From a virus (taxonomy: Duplodnaviria > Caudoviricetes), in the IMG/VR virus record IMGVR_UViG_3300016649_000227, positions 1-26,484 of that record: DNA of 26,484 nucleotides, one strand, 5' to 3'. The notes below the pieces were generated by a model. It was given only the letters and a program-made list of their open reading frames with translations. It was not told the DNA's origin and searched no databases. This document shows, piece after piece, positions 17,524-26,035 of the stretch. Numbering within the stretch: the stretch's first letter is position 1; each line of letters opens with the position of its first letter. The position numbers and the translations under genes were made by a program.

Positions 17524-18738
17524 TTAACTTCCCGCACCAGGCGCGGTGAATGCACCGTAAATAAACGCTTCCGGGCGCTTAACTGCCAGCGCCAGACGCT
17601 CTTCGCAACGAATCGAAATCATGTTCTTTTCGAAATCGTCGGCATTCTCGGTGCTGATCACTACGTTGGCGTCTTCACGGTCGAACAGCTGAGCGGCGGC
17701 ATTAAAGGCACCTGTCAGGAATTTACCCTGGAAGGCGGCAGTTTCTGTTGCCACGACTGGCAAGCCCCACAGTGTAGGACCCGTCAGAGCTGAAGGGTTC
17801 GCCAGAATGTAGCGGCCCAGCGTGTCTTTCGTCAGTTCGATCTTCGCCCAGTCGATGAAGTGCAGGACATGGCCTGAAGCCGGGAAGCGCGCCAGTTGTG
17901 CCTGCAACATTGCCAGGCGCAGATCATCGATGCCGTTCTGCTGCTCTACCGAAAATGCCGGGTCGAACGCAGAGGCTTGAGGCACAATGCCGTGAAGGTG
18001 TACGCCGGTACCGTCGCCGAAGAGAATTTCCTGCTCTTCAACATATTTCAGGCCGTAGCGCATTTCTGCATCAATCGTTGATTGCAGCTGCGCAAAGTCA
18101 TCGAGGATCTGCTTCGATGCTTTGAACATGTGAGCAATGGTGGTGACCGGGGTGATTTTGGTGGCGAATTCAATGCCGCTGTAAGGCTTGGTGGTTCCTT
18201 CCGCAACAACCTTCGCTGCGTTGGTGAAACCGGTCTGCTGCACCCAGAAAATTGCCGGGGCGCCGGTGCGGCCCGGAGCAATCAAATCTCGGATGAACAA
18301 ACGCTGTTTCGGCGCAGTATCGATGCCTGGTAAACGCTGAGGCTCGACAACACCCTCGGCAACATCCGTGGACAGCAACGCCGCATTCACAGGAATGTTT
18401 ACACGCTTGCCGCCTTCAACACTTGCCGCGAAGTTCTTCAGCGCTTCGGAGCTGATCACCACTTTACCCACGGTTTCAGCGACTTTGGCAGCATTGTTCA
18501 GAGGCATCTGCGCGACATGCTGTTCCAGATCGCCGAGTGCGGATTTCAGCGTTTTTTCAGCTTCACGCAGGGCATTGAACTCAGATGCCATCTGATCGAC
18601 TGCTGCCTTTGTTTCTGCAGAAAGAGACCCGGATTTTTTGGCCTCTGCCAGCGCCTCTTCTGCCTTAGCGCTGAATTTGCCATTAGCTTCTTCAATGCTC
18701 GCCGTTACTTTTTTCAGAATTTCGTTTACTTCGGACAT
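17524..18738 (-). CDS. Major capsid protein, HK97 family
   Basis: N-terminal coiled-coil delta domain; RLFIRDLI, EEQEILFGDGTG, LWGLPVV, EERLALAVKRPEAF; ends TAPGAGS. Confidence 0.96.
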   Translation of the reverse strand: MSEVNEILKKVTASIEEANGKFSAKAEEALAEAKKSGSLSAETKAAVDQMASEFNALREAEKTLKSALGDLEQHVAQMPLNNAAKVAETVGKVVISSEALKNFAASVEGGKRVNIPVNAALLSTDVAEGVVEPQRLPGIDTAPKQRLFIRDLIAPGRTGAPAIFWVQQTGFTNAAKVVAEGTTKPYSGIEFATKITPVTTIAHMFKASKQILDDFAQLQSTIDAEMRYGLKYVEEQEILFGDGTGVHLHGIVPQASAFDPAFSVEQQNGIDDLRLAMLQAQLARFPASGHVLHFIDWAKIELTKDTLGRYILANPSALTGPTLWGLPVVATETAAFQGKFLTGAFNAAAQLFDREDANVVISTENADDFEKNMISIRCEERLALAVKRPEAFIYGAFTAPGAGS

Positions 18739-18747
18739 GATGTTTCC

Positions 18748-19596
18748 TTATTTGCCGAACGCGGCCAGCGCGTCTTCAAGTTGTTTGATGTTTTCAGGGT
18801 TTGGTGCGTCGGTAGCGCTCGGCTTACCTTGTTGATTGTCAGTAGCGCCCGGCGTACTGGCAGATAAAGATTTGAGAAGTTTTCTGCGCTCAGAGCGCGG
18901 GGTATTGGCTTTCGCTAACAATGCGTCAAGCTTACGCAGCGCGGCTGCCGGGCTTTCATCACCGTCAGAGATTTCATCTGCAGAAAGAAGGCGGTCAGCA
19001 AAACCTTTTTCGACCGCATCGTTGCCACCGATATACGTTTCGTTATCCATCATTTCTGAAACGTCCGAAGCATCAAGGCCACTTCGGGCAGAGTAAATAT
19101 CCTGCATGGCGCGATCGAAAGGCTCCATGTCCTGGGCTGCCCGTGCAAGGTCATGCCGGTTACCCACCGCATACACCCAGCAGTTATGGATCATCAGGAA
19201 CGCGCCGCGGCCAATCTGCACCTCATCACCGGCCATCGCGATAATCGACGCGGCAGAGGCAGCGATCCCCAGCACCTTGACGGTAACTTTTCCGCTGTAT
19301 TCGCGCAGTTGGTTATAGATTGCCAACCCTTCGAACATATCGCCGCCCGGAGAGTTAATGCTGACCGTGACGTTCTCGCCGTTCATAGAACGAAGAGCGC
19401 CAGCAATTCTATTTGCAGTGACTCCCTCCCCCCAGTAATCAGCACCAATCACGTCAAAAATTGAAATCGTATTGTCGTTGCTGTTGGCAGCCTTAATGCC
19501 ACCGTCCCAGCGATCCAAAGCGGCCGGTGATAGCTCACTGGTGACTTTCGCGCACGGGCGCCCCTCCGGCGCTGCCGGAAGATTCTTTAATGACAT
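18748..19596 (-). CDS. ClpP-like (S14) head maturation protease
   Basis: INSPGGDMFEG, GIAASAASIIAMAGD, LMIHN, ETY..AVEKGFAD. Confidence 0.94.
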   Translation of the reverse strand: MSLKNLPAAPEGRPCAKVTSELSPAALDRWDGGIKAANSNDNTISIFDVIGADYWGEGVTANRIAGALRSMNGENVTVSINSPGGDMFEGLAIYNQLREYSGKVTVKVLGIAASAASIIAMAGDEVQIGRGAFLMIHNCWVYAVGNRHDLARAAQDMEPFDRAMQDIYSARSGLDASDVSEMMDNETYIGGNDAVEKGFADRLLSADEISDGDESPAAALRKLDALLAKANTPRSERRKLLKSLSASTPGATDNQQGKPSATDAPNPENIKQLEDALAAFGK

Positions 19597-19606
19597 GGGA
19601 TGGCTC

Positions 19607-20911
19607 CTAAGCCGCCTTTTTCAGCGGGGAATGTTCGAAAGAAATATCGGGGAACAGTTGGTTATGGAGCTCGAGCAATGCGCTGGCTCTCGCTGCCTGA
19701 TTGTTTTGGCGTAAATCCTCAAGCGCGGTGAGGTTCAACTGCACGGTGTAAATGTCGCCGCCCGGGATCGGAGGCAGATTTTCTAGTCGTCGGACATCAT
19801 TTCTGCTCATCCAGCCATTCTGCAGGGCAGTCGTGTAATACGCTGCGCGACCTGCGCTGTCAGCGCGGAGTAAACCTTCAACCGAAAATTCAGCAAAATA
19901 TTCTTCATCGTTACCCAGCAGGCAGCGCGCTATCTCCTGCTCGATATTGACCAGCAGCGGGCGCAACGTGTTCGTCAGGAATAAAAGGTTCATGCCTTCG
20001 ACGCTGGACGCCCAGCTGCTTTGTTTGGTCATGTGCCCTACCATAAACGGCGGGATTCGGAACCAGCGGCAGATTTCTTCAATACTGAAAGAACGGCTCT
20101 CCAGCATTTGCGCTGCCTCAGGGTTCATCGTTACCCCCTGATAGGTCATGTCACCTTCAAGCACCATGACCTTACCGGCATTTTTCGAGCCTACAAAAGA
20201 ACTCAGGTTCTGCTTTAACCGTTCTCTCTGCTCTTTATTAATGTCTGTTTTTGCACTAATAAACCCTGAATTCTGTATGCCGTTCTCAAATATTTTCGCG
20301 GCAGATTCCTCAACCGCCATTGCCGAGCCAATGACATCACGCCCAGCCATCATCGGCATCATGCCGCATACGCCATCCAGCCCGAACCCACGAATATGCA
20401 TCATGTTTTTCACAGGAATAACGCGCTGACCGTTTTTATCGGTGTAGGTGTATTGCAATTGCCCGTTATCAAGTCGCTTAACGACCATGTTTTGCGGTAA
20501 CAGCGGGTTAAGCCCAACCAGCTTTTGACCAATCATCAGCTTTTCTATGAAGGCATTACCCCGCATGCAGATGCTGGCAACGAGCATCAGCATAAATCTG
20601 GACGGGGTCATTTCCCCGTTGGGCTGCTTACAGAGCACTTTATATGCCGGGTGGTCGGTGGCCAGCTCCCGAGAACCATCCTTTTCCCGCTTATAGACTT
20701 TCAGCGGCAGCGTTGATACCGATTCACTCAGCAGCCGTGCGCAGGCCCAGACGGCGGACAACATGATCGCCTTATCGACGGTCACCGTTTTACCGCTACT
20801 GCTGGTTCCCATCCACTCCTGCCAAAACGTGCCGGTGGTCAAACTGATAGGTACACCGAGCCAATTTAAAAGGGCGCTTTTTACGCGCCCCGGTTGTTTT
20901 TTGGATTTCAT
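19607..20911 (-). CDS. Portal protein, HK97 family
   Basis: SAVWAC..LSESVSTLPL, HIRGFGLDG, EICRWFRIPP, NDVRRLENLPP. Confidence 0.96.
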   Translation of the reverse strand: MKSKKQPGRVKSALLNWLGVPISLTTGTFWQEWMGTSSSGKTVTVDKAIMLSAVWACARLLSESVSTLPLKVYKREKDGSRELATDHPAYKVLCKQPNGEMTPSRFMLMLVASICMRGNAFIEKLMIGQKLVGLNPLLPQNMVVKRLDNGQLQYTYTDKNGQRVIPVKNMMHIRGFGLDGVCGMMPMMAGRDVIGSAMAVEESAAKIFENGIQNSGFISAKTDINKEQRERLKQNLSSFVGSKNAGKVMVLEGDMTYQGVTMNPEAAQMLESRSFSIEEICRWFRIPPFMVGHMTKQSSWASSVEGMNLLFLTNTLRPLLVNIEQEIARCLLGNDEEYFAEFSVEGLLRADSAGRAAYYTTALQNGWMSRNDVRRLENLPPIPGGDIYTVQLNLTALEDLRQNNQAARASALLELHNQLFPDISFEHSPLKKAA

Positions 20912-22641
20912 CAGACACCTATCATTATCGGATCTTCGAAGAAGTCGGTTAAGTCCTGTTTATCATCGCCGCCGTTGACCAGTAACCGGCTCTTCGCCGT
21001 AAACAGTGCAACCGGTCCATCGATTTTGTTTTCTGGGGTCGATTTATTGGGGAAGATATTGTCGTTTTTGTCAGGTTTAACCGTGACGTTTGACATCATC
21101 CAGGTCATCACCGGGTTACCGTCGTGGTGGATTTTGCTTCCGTACACATCGGCCTGTACTGACTTCATCGCCTCAGACAGGTTTTTAACTGTCTGTGCAA
21201 CCTCAACCAGCGGCAATCCCTCTTCAGCCAGTGCCAAACTAAACTGTATTGCACTCCACGGGTCGAACGCGATTTCCTTCAGGCTTTCGCCTTTTACCCA
21301 CGCTTCCACTTCGGCTTTGATGTAGCCGTGATCGATAACGTCACCATCGGTTAAGTCCAGATAACCCGCATCTGCCCACTTCCGGTACAGTTCGGATATA
21401 TGCTTCGGCGCGGTCTCCAGTCTTCCCTCTGGGATCCAGAATTTCGATTTCGTGTGAGTGTGTCCGGATGGAGAACGCCACGTTTTCACCGCGGCGCAAA
21501 TATCTATTTTGTTCGCAAGGTCGATACCTACCCAAAGCGGCCAGTTACGCAGCTCATCATCGGGCGCAATATCTGCACACTTCGCCCAGCGGTCCATATC
21601 CATCCAGGCACTTTCAGCCGTCACCCAGATATTTAGATGCTTCGTAAAGAAGTTCGGACGAGCGGCGATTTGCTCTTTCGCCTTTTTTGCCAGACGGCGC
21701 ATATCGTCCCAGCGCTTACAGATGCCAAGCCCCGGATTCGCCTTCGGCCAGTTCTTTTCATCGAACGGGTCGTCGTCTTCATCCAGCGTATAAATGACAG
21801 CAAAATAAGTGTCATCATCCACCACGCCGCGCAGCACTTTTATCGCGTAGTCGCGCTGTTCGAAACAGATACCCTCTTTGTTAGAACCTGCTGTCGTAAT
21901 GGCAAACAGCAATGATTGAAGACGCGCGCCGGTGGCCGTTTCCAATACGTCCCAAACGTCACGGGTGCGGTGAGCGTGAAGCTCATCAACGATCCCGCAA
22001 TGGATATTCAGCCCGTCGAGGTTATTTGCATCGCTGGAAAGCGGTTCAAACTTTGAGGCTGTTCTCTCCTGATGGATGTTCAGTTTGACGTGACCAAACA
22101 GTCTGCCCAGTGTCCGGGGGGCTTTCTTGATCATGTTCTTTGCATCATCGAACACGATCCGGGCCTGGTCACGGGTGGTGGCAGCTGAGTAAACCTCGGC
22201 GCCGCCCTCTCCATCCGCGCCGGTCATGTACAGGCCAATCCCCGAGGAGAGAGTCGACTTAGCGTTTTTACGCGCCACCTCGTTATAAGCAGTACGGAAG
22301 CGGCGAACCATAATTGCATCGCCGTCGTCATCGAACACCTGTTCCCCGGTCATTTCATCGATCAGGGGGATAACGAAGCCAAAAAGATTTATCAGAATGA
22401 AGATGTCCCACGCCATCAGCTCTATCGGCTTGCCAGCCAGTGCGCCTTTTACGTGGGGGACGAAGTTATAGAAATCGAGGATGTGCTGGGCGCGATCCTC
22501 ACTGAAGTAGACGCCGCGTTCCGGCCCATGCTCTAAATCGTTAAGGAATCGTTGGCACGAAAGCCGCACCAGTTCGCCAGCAACAATCTCGCCGGATAGC
22601 ACGCGCTCGGCGTACTGAATACCATCCGAAACCGTTGCCAT
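20911..22641 (-). CDS. terL: Terminase large subunit
   Basis: Walker A VARKNAKST, Walker B IVDELH, ITTAG, GIDLA, KIDGPVA. Confidence 0.97.
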   Translation of the reverse strand: MATVSDGIQYAERVLSGEIVAGELVRLSCQRFLNDLEHGPERGVYFSEDRAQHILDFYNFVPHVKGALAGKPIELMAWDIFILINLFGFVIPLIDEMTGEQVFDDDGDAIMVRRFRTAYNEVARKNAKSTLSSGIGLYMTGADGEGGAEVYSAATTRDQARIVFDDAKNMIKKAPRTLGRLFGHVKLNIHQERTASKFEPLSSDANNLDGLNIHCGIVDELHAHRTRDVWDVLETATGARLQSLLFAITTAGSNKEGICFEQRDYAIKVLRGVVDDDTYFAVIYTLDEDDDPFDEKNWPKANPGLGICKRWDDMRRLAKKAKEQIAARPNFFTKHLNIWVTAESAWMDMDRWAKCADIAPDDELRNWPLWVGIDLANKIDICAAVKTWRSPSGHTHTKSKFWIPEGRLETAPKHISELYRKWADAGYLDLTDGDVIDHGYIKAEVEAWVKGESLKEIAFDPWSAIQFSLALAEEGLPLVEVAQTVKNLSEAMKSVQADVYGSKIHHDGNPVMTWMMSNVTVKPDKNDNIFPNKSTPENKIDGPVALFTAKSRLLVNGGDDKQDLTDFFEDPIMIGV

Positions 22642-22644
22642 TCA

Positions 22645-23118
22645 TCATTTGCGCTTTTTCAAAAATTCTTCGAGTGGGTCGGCTTCCCCCTTCCCTTCGC
22701 TGCTGACTTTGCTGCGAGCGGCTGGGGTCATGCCGAATTCAGACATCATTGCCCGCAAACGTTTCCAGGCATCTGACATCATCGCAACCTGTGGATGGGC
22801 TTTTACTAACGTCTCACCCTGCATGTTCGTTACGTTGTAGGTCTCGCCAACCTGGTCAATCACATCACGGTGTTTTCGCCATTCAACATACGCGCCGATG
22901 AGAAGTTCCAGCGCCATGCCATCAAGCTTGGTGATCACATTGGAGCAATCCAACTCTTCCCCGATCCGTTTGAACCAGTACTTTTCCTGCTTGTTAAAAT
23001 GCTTCGGAATTTGGGGTACCCCAGAAGGGGGTTTTGGCTCTGCCTTGTTCAAGGCCCTTTTCGATGGGTTACCCTTGACCAAACGCAGAGCTGTCGGGGT
23101 TCTCGGCGGTCCGGACAT
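22645..23118 (-). CDS. terS: Terminase small subunit (P27 family)
   Basis: PTALRLVKGNPSKR, AHPQV, EFGMTPAARSKV. Confidence 0.95.
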   Translation of the reverse strand: MSGPPRTPTALRLVKGNPSKRALNKAEPKPPSGVPQIPKHFNKQEKYWFKRIGEELDCSNVITKLDGMALELLIGAYVEWRKHRDVIDQVGETYNVTNMQGETLVKAHPQVAMMSDAWKRLRAMMSEFGMTPAARSKVSSEGKGEADPLEEFLKKRK

Positions 23119-23154
23119 GATTGAAAACTCCTATTAATCGATCCTCAGGGGACC

Positions 23155-23255
23155 CCTAAAAAAGATTTGTAACCTGCGGGCGTGTGACAAAAACTTAGGC
23201 GGCGGTCCTATAGCGCGAAAGGCCTGAACTCTCAACCCGCCCTCCCCGCCTGATG
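23155..23255 (-). other. Probable cos packaging region
   Basis: Non-coding gap between HNH and terS with GGGGAGGGCGGG...GGACCGCCGCCTAA...CGCAGGTT; candidate cohesive end near 23198-23207; exact cut not determinable. Confidence 0.6.
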
Positions 23256-23262
23256 CGAACGA

Positions 23263-23616
23263 TTATCGTTTGAGCCGCTCGCGGCCTGTTTTCGCCCGAT
23301 GGCAAGGCCAGCAAAGGCTTTCGAGGTTGTCCGGGTCATCGGTACCCCCATTGGCTTTAGCAATGATGTGATCGACGGTCGTAGCTGGTGTGATCCTGCC
23401 CTGTCGCGCGCACTCCTGACACAGGTGCTTGTCGCGCCCTAGGATGACCGGTCGGAGTTTGTCCCAACTGGTGCCATATCCGCGCGCATGCCTTGATTGT
23501 CCCCGCTGGTGCTGCTGCCATCCTTCATTGCGGTGCGTCTCACAATAACCAGAACGGTCTGTCGTGGTTCGCCCACATCCGTGCTTGCGGCATGCGCGGG
23601 GAATTGCTGCTGGCAT
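23263..23616 (-). CDS. HNH endonuclease, terminase-associated (HK97 gp74-like)
   Basis: RGYG..W, RDKHLCQEC, VDHIIAKANGGTD..NLESLCWPCH..KT; directly upstream of cos/terS. Confidence 0.94.
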   Translation of the reverse strand: MPAAIPRACRKHGCGRTTTDRSGYCETHRNEGWQQHQRGQSRHARGYGTSWDKLRPVILGRDKHLCQECARQGRITPATTVDHIIAKANGGTDDPDNLESLCWPCHRAKTGRERLKR

Positions 23617-23628
23617 ATTATTTACCTA

Positions 23629-24225
23629 TCAGGGTGATACAGCGAGACGCCACGCGCGCCGCCGCTCTACCCTTGGTTGATTGTCTGGGTGTCGCTCGAC
23701 CGTGACGCCGTCTGCATGATCCACCAACGAGTAACAGGGATAGATGACCTTGCCGCCCAATGCATCACCGACTGCATAGTCAGCCGCCTTGGTGCGGTTC
23801 CAGTTCTGCATGATGCGGCTAAGTCCGCTGACTGGCGGGCTGTAGCACACACCATGAATAAGCCGGTCCATCGTGATGTAATCGCCTCGGCGCTTATCGG
23901 CATCAATCAGGCTGGCTGCTATCTGCTGCTGATACTGTGGCGGGCGGCCGGTACCCAGATAGAAGCTGATGAGGTTATCAGGGAACCGGGTCACCCATTC
24001 ACGTACTGAATCAATGAAGCCTGGCAACAGAAGCGCGTCATCCTCCATTATCACTACACGGCAATCCTGCTGGCTGGCCCACTCGATAGCGCGCCGGTGA
24101 TTCCAGTTGGCGCCATTGCTCCCTTCATCAATCAGCAGGTGAGCATCAAGCAGGTGCGCAAGTTGGCTGGCCTGATGCCGCCGGGAATGATGGCCGACCA
24201 CCACAACCTTTATTTGTGCTTCCAC
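23629..24225 (-). CDS. Putative glycosyltransferase (GT-A fold, GT25-like)
   Basis: NHRRA, VVIMEDDALL metal-binding motif, HGVCY, SLVDHAD; overlaps the upstream GT gene by 16 nt. Confidence 0.7.
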   Translation of the reverse strand: MEAQIKVVVVGHHSRRHQASQLAHLLDAHLLIDEGSNGANWNHRRAIEWASQQDCRVVIMEDDALLLPGFIDSVREWVTRFPDNLISFYLGTGRPPQYQQQIAASLIDADKRRGDYITMDRLIHGVCYSPPVSGLSRIMQNWNRTKAADYAVGDALGGKVIYPCYSLVDHADGVTVERHPDNQPRVERRRAWRLAVSP

Positions 24226-25667
24226 CAGGCGAACTCCTTACCCATACCATCATCAGATTTAAAGACTGTGTGAACCTTTGGCCCCGTAACAACACGATCA
24301 CCGAATGACTTTGCAGCCATGCCAAACGCGCCCATATCAACCGGGGTCGCTGGCGCTGTCTCCATCTTCCAAAACCGCTGGCTTTCTATGCTGTAATGCA
24401 GCCTGATAATCCGGTGCGCAAACTCCATCACGTCAGTACGCGAACCACCAAGGAGACCGGCATTAAGCAGTGGTTCATCGCGGTGCTGATCAATGAATTC
24501 ACCGTATGCGCGCCCGTGGTGATTGGCCTTCATCCAGCCGTCGGCGTAAGTCTTGTGCTCAGAGCCAACGTATATCTTACCGGGTACCATCTCAGCCCAA
24601 GGCTCACGCAACATCTCAACGTCAGTGCCATCCGTACACCAGACGAACCGGTATTCAGGATGAGCTCTGAGATGTTGGTAGATGTGAACCCAGCGGGCAA
24701 AGTACGGGCTCATCTGAACAGCGGGCACTTTAACCAGTGAAGCGCCAGCAGGTGCAGCAATGAGTTGATCCGCCAGCACAATGGCGACATCGCCACGAAT
24801 GGAAGCCGCCCAGGCTGACAGCACGGATTCATCGGGCTTCATTACAGCTGAGCGTTGAGGGTCAGGCTGGCTGGTCAGTAGAGCCGTAATAACCACGTCA
24901 CGTTCACGCCGATAAGGAGCAAATCCGGTATATCCAGTGTCTCGCCTGCCGTTGTAAATCCCGACATTGTGCTTTACCAGAGCCTCACGGTCAGTCCGGG
25001 GAACAGAACGCTCGACGGACATGTGCTCATCGAGGGAATGGATCAGCTTTTCCGAACCCGTTACATCAGCAAATGCCCACGTCGACAGCCCAGCGTTATG
25101 GATGCGCAGCGCCAGATCGGGATGCTCGTACATGCCACGACCATAAACCGGGTCAAAGCCGCCGACCATCTCAATTGCGCTTCGGTGGTAATACAGCATC
25201 ACGCCGCGCTGGCCGGTGTAAGCAACATGCTGATCATCTCGATACAGCACGGCCATATCTTTTAACTTCTGCACGCCAGCCAGATCGAGAAATTGGTAAG
25301 CCAGATGCGGCTCAGGTGATTCGACGTATGGGACGTGCCAGTTATCGCTGATCGGATAGGCGTCATCGTCCCACAGGAAAAGGTGCTCGCAGCCAGCATC
25401 AATCAGCGCCTCGAGGCTCCGGTTCTTCGAAGCTACGATCCCCAGTGATTTATCATGCCGGATTATTTCGATACCGGCGGCTGTTGCTGCTGGCGCTGAA
25501 CCATCGTCAATCACGATTAACTTAGCGCCAGCCGGAAGATATTTCAGGTGTTGCTCTATCGTATTCGCCAGAACAGCGGGTCTGTTATGGGTGGTGATGG
25601 CAATGCCAATCCGAGAGCCCGTATTGCACGCAGGCGCATACTGGACACCATCAATAGTGACCTGCAT
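24210..25667 (-). CDS. Two-domain glycosyltransferase (GT2 N-terminus plus a second GT-A-like domain)
   Basis: IAITTHNR, VIDDGS, FLWDDDAY, VGGFDPVYGRGMYEHPDLALR (GT2); second domain VWCTDGTDV...LLNAGLLGG. Confidence 0.85.
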   Translation of the reverse strand: MQVTIDGVQYAPACNTGSRIGIAITTHNRPAVLANTIEQHLKYLPAGAKLIVIDDGSAPAATAAGIEIIRHDKSLGIVASKNRSLEALIDAGCEHLFLWDDDAYPISDNWHVPYVESPEPHLAYQFLDLAGVQKLKDMAVLYRDDQHVAYTGQRGVMLYYHRSAIEMVGGFDPVYGRGMYEHPDLALRIHNAGLSTWAFADVTGSEKLIHSLDEHMSVERSVPRTDREALVKHNVGIYNGRRDTGYTGFAPYRRERDVVITALLTSQPDPQRSAVMKPDESVLSAWAASIRGDVAIVLADQLIAAPAGASLVKVPAVQMSPYFARWVHIYQHLRAHPEYRFVWCTDGTDVEMLREPWAEMVPGKIYVGSEHKTYADGWMKANHHGRAYGEFIDQHRDEPLLNAGLLGGSRTDVMEFAHRIIRLHYSIESQRFWKMETAPATPVDMGAFGMAAKSFGDRVVTGPKVHTVFKSDDGMGKEFAWWKHK

Positions 25668-25684
25668 AAATGCTCCTGGTTAGG

Positions 25685-25912
25685 TTAGTTTTGGCGTTCT
25701 ATCCGAACGGAACCGTAAAGGGTCTGGCGTTTAACTTCTCCATTCTCGGCAACCATCCAACCCCGTTCGTCTGTGACGGCAGTGATTATCTCGCCTTTTT
25801 CATCATCAGCAGTTAGGCAGAATTTAATCTCAGCACCATCTAGGTAAACTTTGATACGTGGGTCAGGGTGAACCTTGATTCCAGGATCATCGTCCAGAAC
25901 AGTTAATCGCAT
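25685..25912 (-). CDS. Hypothetical phage protein (75 aa)
   Basis: ORF co-oriented with the late operon and tightly packed; MRLTVLDDDPG...; no function recognised. Confidence 0.7.
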   Translation of the reverse strand: MRLTVLDDDPGIKVHPDPRIKVYLDGAEIKFCLTADDEKGEIITAVTDERGWMVAENGEVKRQTLYGSVRIERQN

Positions 25913-25923
25913 AATTACCCCGA

Positions 25924-26028
25924 CTATTTGCGAGAAAGAAGGCCGCCTGGGAGAAGCTCATTCTTAATTACGGATCGAATTTGCGGGATAAGTGATTCCG
26001 AAGAGTCCTCTTTATTTACCCCCACCAT
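25924..26028 (-). CDS. Possible small protein (34 aa; 49 aa if started at 26073)
   Basis: Manual translation MVGVNKEDSSESLIPQIRSVIKNELLPGGLLSRK; fills the gap after Rz; below the ORF-track size cutoff. Confidence 0.4.
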   Translation of the reverse strand: MVGVNKEDSSESLIPQIRSVIKNELLPGGLLSRK

Positions 26029-26035
26029 TCCTTTA

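Noticed and set aside
23629-25667. gtrABC-type O-antigen seroconversion or T4-like DNA glucosylation as the GT role
   Set aside because: No flippase, transmembrane GT or base-hydroxymethylase in the window, and the location is the late operon rather than next to att or replication genes; disfavoured, not excluded, since the rest of the genome is unseen
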